Virus record (IMG/VR): IMGVR_UViG_3300010354_000047
Location: 32,001 to 96,000 of that record
Origin: a virus
Reading direction: 5' to 3' (one strand)
DNA length: 64,000 bases
The position numbers and the translations under genes are program-made. The notes below the pieces were generated by a model, which saw only the letters and a list, made by a program, of their open reading frames with translations, was not told the DNA's origin and did no database searches. Numbering within the stretch: the first letter of the stretch is position 1; each line of letters begins with the position of its first letter. Below are positions 29,816 to 40,208 of the stretch, one piece after another.

Positions 29816-31039
29816 TTGAAACTAGACACCATAACTAGAATAGAGCAGTTTTTGTGTGATTCACTGATTGCTTCCCCACTAATTCCCTTGGGGGTCAACA
29901 TTCTTCGTCTTGCGGATGCTGTGGAGAAAGAAGGTGTTGTATCCCAAACGAATAACATTGTGGTCAGATTCGTCAACTCTACTTCTAACGTCAAGAATAG
30001 AGTACCATTTATTTACGAAGAAACCCTTAACTTTGAGTTAAACTTCTCTTGCCAAAATTACTTAACAAGCTCAGCTCACGATTTCGCCACTCAGCTCTTA
30101 ATGGGAGCTAAGATTACGATATCTGGAAGTGCCCCGTCAGGTGCGTATGTTCAGGTCTTGGAACCCTTTCGCTGTAGCTCCTCTAACTTCACAGGAATCA
30201 CAGAAGAGTCACAATACACCTACACCCAGAATTATGCCGTAACGATTGAGGAAGTTTTACCTTATATAGCCCTTGACCCTTGTGTTCAAAGGGGGGATTG
30301 TCGACAGATCTTCCCCGGTCAGAACGTTGCGACTACACTCCCTCTTGCCGGAGTTGTCGATGAAGCGACAGGGAGTATTTACATTCCTTGGTATCCTGGA
30401 ACGAATGAACTCGAAGCGGCTTTCACGGAGGCCCTTGGTGTTAGGTGGAGCAATGAAGTAACACAGTCTGGGGATTGGGTCTATGTCTGCGCTCCTGACG
30501 AAGTCTTCATTCAGGACCCGCTTAACCAACCCATTTACCTCTTGAGTAACAATAGCTACACAGAAGAAGGTTACCTAGTTGTTACAGTTTGGGATGCGAC
30601 AACAAAGGAGCCCATCAAGGAGGTTTTCTACGTTGACTCTGGAAAGAAGCTTGTTCGCTACGCGGTAGAGCTCTGGAGAAACACGGTGCTTGGGTCCTCC
30701 ACCGGGACGATTGATCCAGATAGTGTTCTTGATGCGACTTGGACGTCCGGTTTTACCGTCGGAGAATTTGCCGTTGTGAAGGGAGCAACCCAAACTTTAT
30801 ACTCTGATCCACTTGAGCCGAGCGGTAGGCAACAGACTCTAATGGGCGGGACTCTGATTGGGGTCAAGATGGACATTTTCATTCAAACCGCCAAGGGTCG
30901 TTTCTACTTTGTCGCTCAATCGCCCCAGGGTAAAGGTTGGTTGATACAGGACTCCTTTGAGTTGGCTTCAATCAACTCCCTCTGGAAACTCGGATGCTTA
31001 CCTTGCGAAGGCGGACCAAATCCCCCGAGACTGTGCTAA
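29816..31039 (+). CDS. putative tail terminator / neck protein
   Basis: The N-terminal ~150 aa have the size and pattern of a Mu gp37-like terminator; follows the gp36-like gene. Confidence 0.5.
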   Translation: MKLDTITRIEQFLCDSLIASPLIPLGVNILRLADAVEKEGVVSQTNNIVVRFVNSTSNVKNRVPFIYEETLNFELNFSCQNYLTSSAHDFATQLLMGAKITISGSAPSGAYVQVLEPFRCSSSNFTGITEESQYTYTQNYAVTIEEVLPYIALDPCVQRGDCRQIFPGQNVATTLPLAGVVDEATGSIYIPWYPGTNELEAAFTEALGVRWSNEVTQSGDWVYVCAPDEVFIQDPLNQPIYLLSNNSYTEEGYLVVTVWDATTKEPIKEVFYVDSGKKLVRYAVELWRNTVLGSSTGTIDPDSVLDATWTSGFTVGEFAVVKGATQTLYSDPLEPSGRQQTLMGGTLIGVKMDIFIQTAKGRFYFVAQSPQGKGWLIQDSFELASINSLWKLGCLPCEGGPNPPRLC

Positions 31040-31191
31040 TGAACACCCCACAAGAACTCTGGAAAAGATACTCACTCGCAGTTCAAGCCAATAATCTCGA
31101 ACTCGCGCAGTCAATCTTGAAAGAGATTCAAAAGTTTAAGTCCTACCCCGTTCGAACAACCGGGTGCGCCAAATGCAGAAAAACGCTATGA
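31039..31191 (+). CDS. small hypothetical protein with CxxC
   Basis: MNTPQELWKRY...GCAKCRKTL, coupled on both sides. Confidence 0.55.
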   Translation: MNTPQELWKRYSLAVQANNLELAQSILKEIQKFKSYPVRTTGCAKCRKTL

Positions 31192-31481
31192 ACAACGCCA
31201 CAGAAAAGATCATTAAGCAAAAGGAGGCGCTGGCAACTCAGGCACTTCAGGTTGCGGAAGACGCTCTCGAACTCCTGAAAGATCAACTGGAAGAGTGTAG
31301 CACTCGAGATCTTGTCACTGTCTTCAATTCTGCCGTCAAGGCTCATCGGGAAATCACCTCGGATGTCTTGTCTTTGGCGGAGAGCGAGGCCAAAAGTGAG
31401 CAGGAACTTGCGAAAGAATATGACGGGAAGGTGGGGGAACTTCTCCTCAGGCTCCAGAACGGTGGCCCTAACGGCTTATGA
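31188..31481 (+). CDS. putative terminase small subunit
   Basis: Small helical protein overlapping the terminase large subunit start; called by position only. Confidence 0.5.
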   Translation: MNNATEKIIKQKEALATQALQVAEDALELLKDQLEECSTRDLVTVFNSAVKAHREITSDVLSLAESEAKSEQELAKEYDGKVGELLLRLQNGGPNGL

Positions 31482-33241
31482 ACTACAGAGAACCCTCAGT
31501 CACTCACGCTTCCCAGCTCGAAGAAAGGTCGAGATGGCGGCAGTACCAACGCGGACTGAGGGAACTTGAGCTACTCGAGGCTCCAAAATCAGTAATTCAA
31601 AACTATCGTTATCAGGCGGCTCGGGACTGCTTTCTCGCCTTTTGCGACATTATGAAGAACGGGGACTTGAAGGTTGCCCCTTTTCACGAAATTATTGCGA
31701 GTGCATTCGAGGACCTTTTTGATCGACGATACCGTCGTCTAATCGTTTCCTGCCCCCCGCGATCCGGAAAGTCAATGCTATCCAGTATGTTTCTGGCGTG
31801 GCTTATCGGAAAAGATGAGAAGACACAACATATTCTGGCCTCTTACGGTGCGTCCCTATCTCAGAAGTTTCACAGAGACGCCGTCATTATGATGAAGAGT
31901 CCGAACTATCGCCGGATATTTCCCGAGTTTTCGGGGTTCAACAAGGACTCTAAATACGACTTAACTGGTGGTGGTTATATTCTTTCCACCTCTGTTGGTG
32001 GTGTTCTAACAGGATTCACTTCAGGGACAACCGACATTACATCGAAAGGGATTGGAGTCGCTCTGATCGACGATCCGCTCAAGTCCTCTGATTCAAAAGC
32101 GGCTCTCGAGAATCTGGAGAGTTGGTGGGGAGAGCAAATGTCCACTCGAAGAACCAATAACTATGCTCAAATTTTAATTGCTACTCGATTCCACGAGAAA
32201 GACTTGCATGGTATTTTAGTTGACGGGGATGGGTTGTATGACCCGATTGAAAATCCTTTTGGCTGGCGCTGGATAAATATACAAGGGCTTTGCGAGGACC
32301 CCGCGAATGACATTCTTGGCCGAAGTCTTGGAGAATCCCACTGGCCGGAAAACTCAGCTTTTGCTGTTCCTGTTCTGGAGTCACAGAAAAAGATTATGGG
32401 TAGCTTCAAGTTTGCAGCCCTTTATCAAGGAGTACCTGTAGCTGCTGAAGGTCAAATAATCAAAAACAGCTGGATCAGCATTGTTGAAGAAGAAGAATGC
32501 CCTCCTCTTGATGTCGTTTGGTTCGGAGTCGATTGCGCCTTCTCCGAAAAAGAACTTGCCGATGAGAGTGTAATTTGCGTAGCCGGAATCAGTACTCGAG
32601 ACCCTGGAACTGTTTACATCAAAGACATAATCAAAGGTAGATGGGGTTTTCCTGACTTACTTGAGTCTGTTAAGCAACAACATTCTTTCTACAAAGCCAA
32701 GATGCTTTGCATAGAGAAGGCCGCAGCTGGACACTCTTTACTACAAGTTCTTCGGAGGGAGTCGAAGATTCCAGTTGAGGAGATGAAACCTCAGCAGCGG
32801 TCAAAGTCCGTCCGCCTCCAGGCAGTCTCCCCTTTACTCGAGAATAATCGCGTTAAGATAGTTCGAGGGCTGTGGAGCGATGCCTTCATTAAGGAGCTCA
32901 CTGCATTCCCCTTTGTAAAACACGACGACAGCGTAGACGCTTTCGTATGGGCCCTAACCTTCTATTCCATGAAGCTGGATAACACTGAGAGAGCGGTGCA
33001 GGACTCCGTCCTTCAGAGTCGAAAGTGGCAGCCTCAGCTTCGGAGAGATTTCGGGGACGAATCAACATACTCTCGACTTGTCGAAGACGAAAATAGGGTT
33101 AGTCGAAGAGTCTCTCCGCTCCCCGGAATCTCTGAGACCAACACTGAAACTTACGCTCAGCAAGGGTCTTCAAAAGGGATCATACGGTCTGTTAGGGGGC
33201 GTCCCTCGGCAAGAAACTTTGGATATAACATCTGGGATTAG
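31478..33241 (+). CDS. terL: terminase large subunit
   Basis: PPRSGKS Walker A, LIDDPLK Walker B, ATRFHEKDL, ALYQGVP, GVDCAF, IEKAAAG, FPFVKHDDSVDA. Confidence 0.95.
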   Translation: MNYREPSVTHASQLEERSRWRQYQRGLRELELLEAPKSVIQNYRYQAARDCFLAFCDIMKNGDLKVAPFHEIIASAFEDLFDRRYRRLIVSCPPRSGKSMLSSMFLAWLIGKDEKTQHILASYGASLSQKFHRDAVIMMKSPNYRRIFPEFSGFNKDSKYDLTGGGYILSTSVGGVLTGFTSGTTDITSKGIGVALIDDPLKSSDSKAALENLESWWGEQMSTRRTNNYAQILIATRFHEKDLHGILVDGDGLYDPIENPFGWRWINIQGLCEDPANDILGRSLGESHWPENSAFAVPVLESQKKIMGSFKFAALYQGVPVAAEGQIIKNSWISIVEEEECPPLDVVWFGVDCAFSEKELADESVICVAGISTRDPGTVYIKDIIKGRWGFPDLLESVKQQHSFYKAKMLCIEKAAAGHSLLQVLRRESKIPVEEMKPQQRSKSVRLQAVSPLLENNRVKIVRGLWSDAFIKELTAFPFVKHDDSVDAFVWALTFYSMKLDNTERAVQDSVLQSRKWQPQLRRDFGDESTYSRLVEDENRVSRRVSPLPGISETNTETYAQQGSSKGIIRSVRGRPSARNFGYNIWD

Positions 33242-33309
33242 AGCGTTAAAAGTCGGTATTGCGATTTGCAACCGCATTAAAAGTTGCTGTTGTTATCAAC
33301 AGTTTCAAA

Positions 33310-33513
33310 ATGGCTATTTCACCTACAGATTTCAACTCCTCAATAATGAAAGAGGATCTCGGGACAGTATGTCTGATTACGAATCCCCGTTCCGACAAGT
33401 ACCTAGTAAAACCAGAGAAGAAAATCAAACCAGGGATCCCGGAAGATTCCTACTCCCGATGGTGTGGAGGGGCCGGTGGTTTCGACCTCTTCGTTGAGCG
33501 CGTACATGAATGA
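33310..33513 (+). CDS. hypothetical protein
   Basis: ATG 33310 within the listed ORF; YSRWCGGAGGFDLFVER. Confidence 0.55.
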   Translation: MAISPTDFNSSIMKEDLGTVCLITNPRSDKYLVKPEKKIKPGIPEDSYSRWCGGAGGFDLFVERVHE

Positions 33514-33570
33514 ATATGTTGAGCGCCTTCTGAACCAGGATGAATGGTGGGCTCTCTGAGCGTGAGTGGA

Positions 33571-33577
33571 GGGTAAA
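33571..33577 (+). promoter_or_regulatory. putative late promoter GGGTAAA upstream of phoH
   Basis: Recurrent motif; implies the real start lies downstream of the listed 33540. Confidence 0.55.
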
Positions 33578-33701
33578 GTCCCTCAGTGGGGTTTCACTCA
33601 TGGCTCTACACTTGAAAAATGAAGGGGGTGAGGATCATGTAATCCGTCACAGCAACGAAGTATACATCGTATCCACTGTTGTCACAAACCCTCTTCACCA
33701 A

Positions 33702-34424
33702 ATGTTGAAAAGCAAAGAAAAGCGCAAAATGCGCCGTGCTGAATCTGCCCAATTGATCGAACGCTCGTATAGTAGGGGAATGGACGTTTCCTCCCCGAAG
33801 TTCCTGACCTGGAAACAAGAAGAATTTTGGAACACCCTCAAGAAAAACACTGTAACACTTGCTTCAGGCGCAGCAGGAACGGGAAAAACCTTGATCGCCC
33901 TCCATTATGGACTCTTTGGAGTTGCTCAAGGAACATTTGACAAGATTTACTATATTCGAAGCGATGTCGGAGTCGAGTTCCAGAGGGGAAGAGGGGCTTT
34001 GCCAGGTGATTTATCCGAAAAGATTGCACCGCTTGTTGCCCCGATTCATGACAATCTACCCTGTATTATGCGGTCGCAAGGTGCTGCTGAGTACTTGCTG
34101 AACAAGAAAATCATCGAGCCGTCTCTTCTTGAAGACGTTAGAGGGCGATCTTTAAACAACGCTTTCATCATCGTAGACGAAGCTCAGAACTTTTTGCCTT
34201 CTCAGTGTAAGACCGTGCTGACTCGCGTTGGTAAAGATTCGAAGATTTGCCTTATTGGTGATACGAAGCAGACGGACCTCGAAGTTTTTCGTCGTGAAAA
34301 TGGCCTACTTGATGCCATCAGTCGATTAAAGAATCTTCCTGAAGTTGGAATAGTCCACTTTGACCGAAGCGACATTGTTCGAAACTCAGTTATCTCTCAC
34401 ATACTCGAAAGATACGAAGAGTGA
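33702..34424 (+). CDS. phoH: PhoH-like ATPase
   Basis: GAAGTGKT, GALPGDLSEK, RGRSLNNAFIIVDEAQN, TRVG, GDTKQTD, DIVRNS. Confidence 0.95.
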   Translation: MLKSKEKRKMRRAESAQLIERSYSRGMDVSSPKFLTWKQEEFWNTLKKNTVTLASGAAGTGKTLIALHYGLFGVAQGTFDKIYYIRSDVGVEFQRGRGALPGDLSEKIAPLVAPIHDNLPCIMRSQGAAEYLLNKKIIEPSLLEDVRGRSLNNAFIIVDEAQNFLPSQCKTVLTRVGKDSKICLIGDTKQTDLEVFRRENGLLDAISRLKNLPEVGIVHFDRSDIVRNSVISHILERYEE

Positions 34425-34427
34425 CTC

Positions 34428-34451
34428 AAGGGGCTTCGGCCCCTTATTTTT
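34428..34451 (+). terminator. rho-independent terminator
   Basis: AAGGGGC-TTCG-GCCCCTT hairpin (UUCG tetraloop) followed by ATTTTT. Confidence 0.8.
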
Positions 34452-34481
34452 AGGGTATACTACCTTAGTCATCTTTTTTGT

Positions 34482-35271
34482 ATGCCCTATAGTCCTGAAC
34501 AACTTTTCTCCGTTCTGGGGTACTCCGCACGTGCTCTGGGTGCCTCTGACGGGGAAATCTACGAATTTGCACGCTGCATGCGACCCGATGGAACCTTCTA
34601 CGGAACGCGAGGAAAGTGTAAAAAAAAGGTTCGGAAGTTAACCCTGAGTCACAAGACAAAGGCCCTCAATCTGAAAGGAAGGTTCTAAAGGAAATGGTTA
34701 GGGCCGGGGGAAAGTTTCATCTTCCGTCCAGAGGAAAACCTGAAACACCCGACGAAGTTCAAGCTAGAAAAGCCAGAGTTGAGAAAGATCATGAGGCTAA
34801 GAAGAAACAAAAGGAGAGAATAGCAGAACAAGACGAAAGACACACAAAAATCGCAAAAGACTTATACGAACTGGGTGGCGGTGATTCTAAGGATGACAGT
34901 TTATATTCACGTAACCGGCGGAAGGGTATAAAAGAGGAACTTGACATTATTGGTAATGCAGGTCGTCAAGGTGCTCAATATCTTAAGAAGGGGATACTGC
35001 TGCTCTTCTTGAGCACGCAAGGAAGGTGTCCGCAGGAGGGGTGAAAACTCACGTTGAAAGCTTGGTAAAGGCCAAGAAAGAGGAACAGAAAGCTAGACTT
35101 AAGGAGGAAATAGCACGAAAGAAAGAAAGAGGTGATAGTCCTGAAGACATAGCTCAATACAAGGCAAACGAAAACTTTTATATGAAGAGGGAGCTAAAGA
35201 GAACAGCATATGATGCGGAAAGGGAGTGGAATGCCTTAGTCGCAATTGAAAGAGCTAGTCGAGGGAGGTGA
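34482..35271 (+). CDS. RCxRPDG-motif protein with basic helical payload; interrupted by two homopolymer frameshifts
   Basis: EFARCMRPDGTFYGTRGKCKK|GSE continues in the 34694 frame across an A8 run (34620-34627), then in the 35026 frame across a G4 run (34990-34993). Confidence 0.7.
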
Positions 35272-35322
35272 AACCAAAGGTCGCCTTTGATACTTTGGTT
35301 GTAGAGTAAAAGTTTGAGGTTT

Positions 35323-37153
35323 ATGAAATCTAAATTCTTGTGGCATAACTTTCGAGACTCTCGACATCTTAATGGAGAGGACGAGCGCGTCGATGGGAAT
35401 ATACGAAGGAATAGACTTGAAGGTCCTTCAAGCCCTTTACCTTCTAAAAGGGACTCGAGCAGAGAACCTTCCGCTAGGGAAGTAGAAAGGGCTAAAGAAG
35501 AAGCAGTAGGAGGAAAAAGGGACGAATGCAAAAAGGGGGAAGTCTTGCAGCGCTACTTGCATATACTATAATGACAAATGTTTAGTAGCTCTCCCAGCCC
35601 CCTTGAGTGAGGGATTAAGAAAAGTAATAGGCATTCTAGAAGAAGCTACAGGAAGAGGTATTTCAGACGATGAAGCTGGAACTATCTTTGAGAAGCATCT
35701 TAAGTTGCAAGATGAGATAAAGTTTGGGCCGAATAAAGAACTCGTGGTCCCAGACCCGAAAGATCCCGACAATCCTGCCAAGTTTAAGGTCAATCTGGAG
35801 TTATTCCCTAAGAAACTCCAAGCCGAGGTTCAAAGAGACACGGAAGAACTTAACTCTAGATTAGAGGAAGTCAGGTCTAAATACGGTAAGACCGAGGGTG
35901 ATAAAAGAATCTCGGAAATAGTTGGCATCATGGTGCCAACGACGATAGCAAGGGAGAGGGAGAAAATCTCATACACACCTCCTGAAGCATTGGAGTATAT
36001 CTACAAGAATAGGAAAACTTTCGAGAGAATGAACGACATATACGAAGAACTTTCCAAACTCCAGAAAGAAGGAAAATTGACCCCGGAGATTGTTAACGAG
36101 AGGATGAAGGAAATAAGTCAAACCTTGCGACCTAGAATGGGGGAGTGGTCCCAAGAAGAAATAGCTTTAGCGGCTTCATTGTTAACCCCCTTAGAAAGAA
36201 ACTTCTTTGGAAAGGCGGGTTCCCTTTCAGAAGGGGGAGGTCTATTTCGAGCTGGAGACGAACTCCCCTCTTCCTACGGCGATCTTAGTGCAGCTACAGA
36301 TGAGCAGCAAAGGGCACGAGTCTTATTGGGAGCCCGAATTATTCTTGAGTCAAACGGAAAAAACATCTACACCGGGCAACCTCTAAATGTCCTGGAGTCA
36401 GATTGGGAGCACATGATTTCATTTGAAGCTATTCGCAGGAATGCGGAGGTGTACCATAATATAGGGTTGGTGTCTAGTAGGGACAATGGTGGAAAGGCCG
36501 ACAAACCACCCTCTTGGTTGTATAATACAGGGAAAGGTGGTTACATGTCCGGAATGAAGTTTGACGATAACGGGAAGCTTACGCCAGAAAGTAGAGCAAA
36601 GTGGGAGGCTAAAGAGCGAGCTAAAGTAGAAGTTAAGGAGTTAAAGCGAAAAGGTTTTGAGCTCTCTTACTACCAAAGGGGGCAAGAAAGAGTCCAAGCT
36701 CTTCAAGAATTGGTAGCAATGGTTCAGAATTCTAAGTTAAGAAGTAAAGATAAACTCGATGTCCTCAATAAAGTTGCCTTAGGTATGTTGCTGGAGGGTG
36801 ATCCGAAGTTTGCAGCGACAGCTGGAGGGGGAATTCAGTCACATGGAAGAGCAGGCAAAAGATGGTATTACTTTGGTTATGATAACCCTGAGTTTTGCAG
36901 GTTTGTTTCCAATAAATTGCTAGAACTTGCTGCGAAAGGCGATTCCGAAGGAATCAAAAAAGTGGGAGAAATTATGGAAGCTGAAGTCAATGAGAAATTG
37001 AATCCCACGATTAAAGAGCAATTGGGAACTAACTACACATACAAAGGTAAACCTTCCTTTAAGTTGGGTGATGAGGGGACAGAGCAAGTGCGAGAAATCA
37101 TGGAAAAATTATCCAAACAAGCCATGGAGCGTATAAAACAGGAGATAGGCTAA
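35323..37153 (+). CDS. Cys-motif + HNH nuclease protein 1 (one frameshift at G5 run 35535-35539)
   Basis: Removing one G gives CKKGKSCSATCIYYNDKCL, collinear with paralogue 37210. HNH core: NIYTGQPL..DWEHMISF..NIGLVSSRDNGGKAD. Confidence 0.8.
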
Positions 37154-37209
37154 CTTTCCGCTCAGATTAAATTAGCGGGTAAAGTCTGTGAAGTCTGTGG
37201 TCCGTGAGG

Positions 37210-38826
37210 ATGAATCCATTGTTCAATTGGCATAACTTCTCCGACTCTCGAAAGTTGCAAGGGGATGATGCGAGAGTTGAAGATTTGGGTCGTCATCAGG
37301 GCCTCACCGGTGAATCCTCCCCAGTTCCTTCGAAAAAGGCTCCGAAAGAAGCTCCAAGCCCCGCTTCAGGAAAGACCCCTGGCCAGTCTTCGGGAAAGGG
37401 TTCTAAAAAGTGTTCGAAAGGAAAGTCTTGTAGTGCGACCTGCATTTACAAAGGCGATGATTGCCTAAAGGGTCTTGACCCTAAAGTTGCAGAAGGTTTG
37501 AACCGTCTCGCCCAAGAAATTAAAAAGTTTGCTGGCAGAGGAGGGGGAGAAGAAGAAGCCCTCGCCGCCGTTAGCCGACTTGAGTCCTCTGGAACCATTG
37601 AAGGGCAAGCTAAGAAGATCGCAGCGTCTCTTAACGCTATGGATGAAAAGTACCCTGATCCGGCAGAGAGGGATGCTCGAATCTCGCAAGTATTTGACTT
37701 AGTCCTCCCTGGAATGGCTAAGAAAGGAGATACGGGTGAAAAACAAGCATATTCCGAGGGCCAGCTTCAAAGGTTGATCAACAACAAAGATATTGAAGAG
37801 TTTGAGAAGGTGTATCAATCCGTTAAGAAAGGGGAGATTAAGAATCTAGAAGAGTTTGAAGCAAGAATGAGGCCTCTAGCTCAAAGAAGAAGGGTCAATG
37901 ACATTTCGGACGAGCAAGTGGACCTGGCAATGGCACTACTCCCAAAAGACTTGATTGCCTCACTGGGAAAGCAAGGGCGACCAGGGATTTGGGGGAAATG
38001 GGGGGAGAACCAAGATTCGCTCGCTTCCCCTGAGATGGGCCACACCCCTAAAAATGAGTCTGCCACGGGTCGAGCCAGGTTGATTCTAAGAATTGGCATG
38101 GAAGAGGGTATGAGGGATATGTACACAGGCCAAAGAGTTGGCTTTGGAGACATTGACCTGGAGCACACGATTCCCTTCGGAGTTGGAAAGTCCTTTGCCG
38201 AGCATGGTTCAAATTTCGGTTTGACAACGAGACTCAATAATCGGGCAAAGGGGGACATCAGTCCTGAAGAGTGGCGTTCAAAGGTCCTAAAGCAGTACGG
38301 GATTTCCGACGGGGCGATCACAGACAAAACTCGGGAGAGACTAAGGAAAGAGCAAGCAGAGGCTCAGAAATATAACGACGACCGAGCAAGGGTTTCTGGA
38401 GGGACCTCTCCCGAAACTGTTGCGTCTGTTTTCAAGGGTATTGATGAGTCCGCTAACAAACCATTAATTAAACAGAAACTAAAGAACAAAGCCCTTCAAT
38501 CTATGGCGGGTTACACTGAAACTTATCTTCACGGTTTTAGAGCGAATCGAGCTGGGGCAAGCCGCCGAGTCTATATATTTCGTGGAACAGAGCTCGGAGA
38601 AAGAGTCATGGACGCCGCCGCATCGCAGATTGACAAATTTCAAGCTACTGGTGATAAAGGAAAAGTCGAAAAAGCTTTGGAGATTCTCAGGTCGGCAGGA
38701 CCCAGAATCAACGAGGCCCTAGATAGCAAGTACGGAAACCAAAGGCTAGATAAAGATGCAACCGAGGCAGTGAATGTTGCCAACGACATTCGAAAACAGA
38801 TACTCGAAGAGATAAACGCTCTATGA
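37210..38826 (+). CDS. Cys-motif + HNH nuclease protein 2
   Basis: CSKGKSCSATCIYKGDDC; RDMYTGQ..DIDLEHTIPF..NFGLTTRLNNRAKGD; GGGTAAA at 37177. Confidence 0.85.
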   Translation: MNPLFNWHNFSDSRKLQGDDARVEDLGRHQGLTGESSPVPSKKAPKEAPSPASGKTPGQSSGKGSKKCSKGKSCSATCIYKGDDCLKGLDPKVAEGLNRLAQEIKKFAGRGGGEEEALAAVSRLESSGTIEGQAKKIAASLNAMDEKYPDPAERDARISQVFDLVLPGMAKKGDTGEKQAYSEGQLQRLINNKDIEEFEKVYQSVKKGEIKNLEEFEARMRPLAQRRRVNDISDEQVDLAMALLPKDLIASLGKQGRPGIWGKWGENQDSLASPEMGHTPKNESATGRARLILRIGMEEGMRDMYTGQRVGFGDIDLEHTIPFGVGKSFAEHGSNFGLTTRLNNRAKGDISPEEWRSKVLKQYGISDGAITDKTRERLRKEQAEAQKYNDDRARVSGGTSPETVASVFKGIDESANKPLIKQKLKNKALQSMAGYTETYLHGFRANRAGASRRVYIFRGTELGERVMDAAASQIDKFQATGDKGKVEKALEILRSAGPRINEALDSKYGNQRLDKDATEAVNVANDIRKQILEEINAL

Positions 38827-39158
38827 TAACTGACACACGATTCCCTCGAGAAGATAGATCAATCCTAGAACAGCGCCTTCCTCCGGGAACTTTGAGCCAC
38901 CCGCAAGCCTTTGGCGTCTGGTCTATCTTCTTGCAATGCGATGACCCTTCCGACGTAGCTCACAAGTTTCGATCTTATCGAGACAGCAATCTTTGTTCAA
39001 TCCCTCGGGGCAACCTTCGAGCTATGCGTGACACTCTTATTCTCTCGATGCGTGAAGAGAACAAGAAGCTAAAGGTCCCGAGAAAGGAGAAGAAGAAAGG
39101 AGTGCATTATATGGACTATGAGAATGAATGGGTGGACAAACCAAGAACAGGAGCCTAA
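38823..39158 (+). CDS. hypothetical protein coupled to HNH gene
   Basis: ATGA overlap with the upstream stop. Confidence 0.7.
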   Translation: MITDTRFPREDRSILEQRLPPGTLSHPQAFGVWSIFLQCDDPSDVAHKFRSYRDSNLCSIPRGNLRAMRDTLILSMREENKKLKVPRKEKKKGVHYMDYENEWVDKPRTGA

Positions 39159-39524
39159 ATGGAAAAAACTTCCACTAAAATAGAAGAGCTTTATAGCATA
39201 CCTTGTGGCCCCATGGATGTCTCCGCTGATTCAGTCTGCCGGCGCTCCTTAAGGGATTTTATGGATTCTCTTCTTGACAGATTGACTCGAGAAATAAACT
39301 CACATCCTCAGAAGACCCCCTCACTTCCAAAAGATCTTGAAGCTGGAGAAGGGGGAACAATCGTAGCAAAGGGGGCAGAAAATGAAGAGTCTCGAAAAGA
39401 GAGACTGATTCGAGAAGGAAAGCTCAGAGCGGACGTGTCAAATGAGGTTAGAAAATATCGAGAGCAGCTTCAGGGAAACAGTAAGATGCTTCAAGACATT
39501 TCGGGAAAGATTGAACCTTTTTGA
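39159..39524 (+). CDS. hypothetical protein
   Basis: 121-aa ORF with AGGAG RBS. Confidence 0.7.
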   Translation: MEKTSTKIEELYSIPCGPMDVSADSVCRRSLRDFMDSLLDRLTREINSHPQKTPSLPKDLEAGEGGTIVAKGAENEESRKERLIREGKLRADVSNEVRKYREQLQGNSKMLQDISGKIEPF

Positions 39525-39572
39525 TACCGACTGGCGAAAAGGGTAAAAGTTGAGCAGTTCACACCCTATGTA

Positions 39573-40205
39573 ATGAGCAACAGAATCAACGGAGACTTCA
39601 ACCAAGAAACTCTTGAAGCATTTCGTTCGGCTTATGCGAGTCGAGAGCTTGAACCGGAAGACCTGGAAATGGACCCGCGAACAGGCCTTCCTTCCAACGT
39701 CGTTCTCAACACATCCCCCTGGATCCAGCACACTGGACTCTGGAAAGCAAACGACGGAACCGATAGAAACTTTGTTCCTAACCAGGTTCTTATCCCTGGT
39801 GAAGAAGCCGAAGAGGATGAACTCGAAGAAATGACGGACGAAGAGCTTGAGAAGTTTCTTGAAGAGTTTTTATCAGAAGAGGGGCAGGACGAGGAGGTCT
39901 TCGAAGAAGACGACGACTTTTTCAGTTCATCTGATGATCAAGGGGGACTCTCTGACGAAGAGATTGACTCCCTTTTGGAAGAGATTCTAGAAGAAATGGA
40001 TCTAGAACCAGAGGACGAAGAGGAGGACCCGGATACTGAAATTTCGGATGAAGAGATCGATTCCTTGTTAGAAGAGATTCTGGAAGACTTCGACCCGGAA
40101 CCTGAAGACGAAGATGAGAACGACTCAGACAGTATTGGAATCTCAGATGAGATGATTGATGCACTGATAGCGGAACTTGAGGGGGAAACTCTTGACGAGG
40201 ATTGA
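39573..40205 (+). CDS. highly acidic protein with (I/L/M)(S/T)DEEIDSLLEEIL repeats
   Basis: About four imperfect repeats; GGGTAAA at 39541. Confidence 0.8.
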   Translation: MSNRINGDFNQETLEAFRSAYASRELEPEDLEMDPRTGLPSNVVLNTSPWIQHTGLWKANDGTDRNFVPNQVLIPGEEAEEDELEEMTDEELEKFLEEFLSEEGQDEEVFEEDDDFFSSSDDQGGLSDEEIDSLLEEILEEMDLEPEDEEEDPDTEISDEEIDSLLEEILEDFDPEPEDEDENDSDSIGISDEMIDALIAELEGETLDED

Positions 40206-40208
40206 TGG

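Noticed and set aside
1-33241. Inteins in polymerase, terminase or portal
   Set aside because: No C...HN(C/S/T) splice motifs or LAGLIDADG insertions seen; core motif spacing looks normal
33506-33559. 17-codon ORF MNEYVERLLNQDEWWAL overlapping the upstream stop
   Set aside because: Too short to support without conservation data
33540-33701. N-terminal extension of PhoH in the ORF track
   Set aside because: It overlaps the GGGTAAA motif and hairpins; ATG 33702 gives a normal-length PhoH
35323-38826. Cas9/IscB or another RNA-guided nuclease system
   Set aside because: Only the HNH resembles Cas9. I see no RuvC motifs, no repeat-spacer array, and only ~50-nt intergenic gaps, leaving no room for a guide locus nearby.
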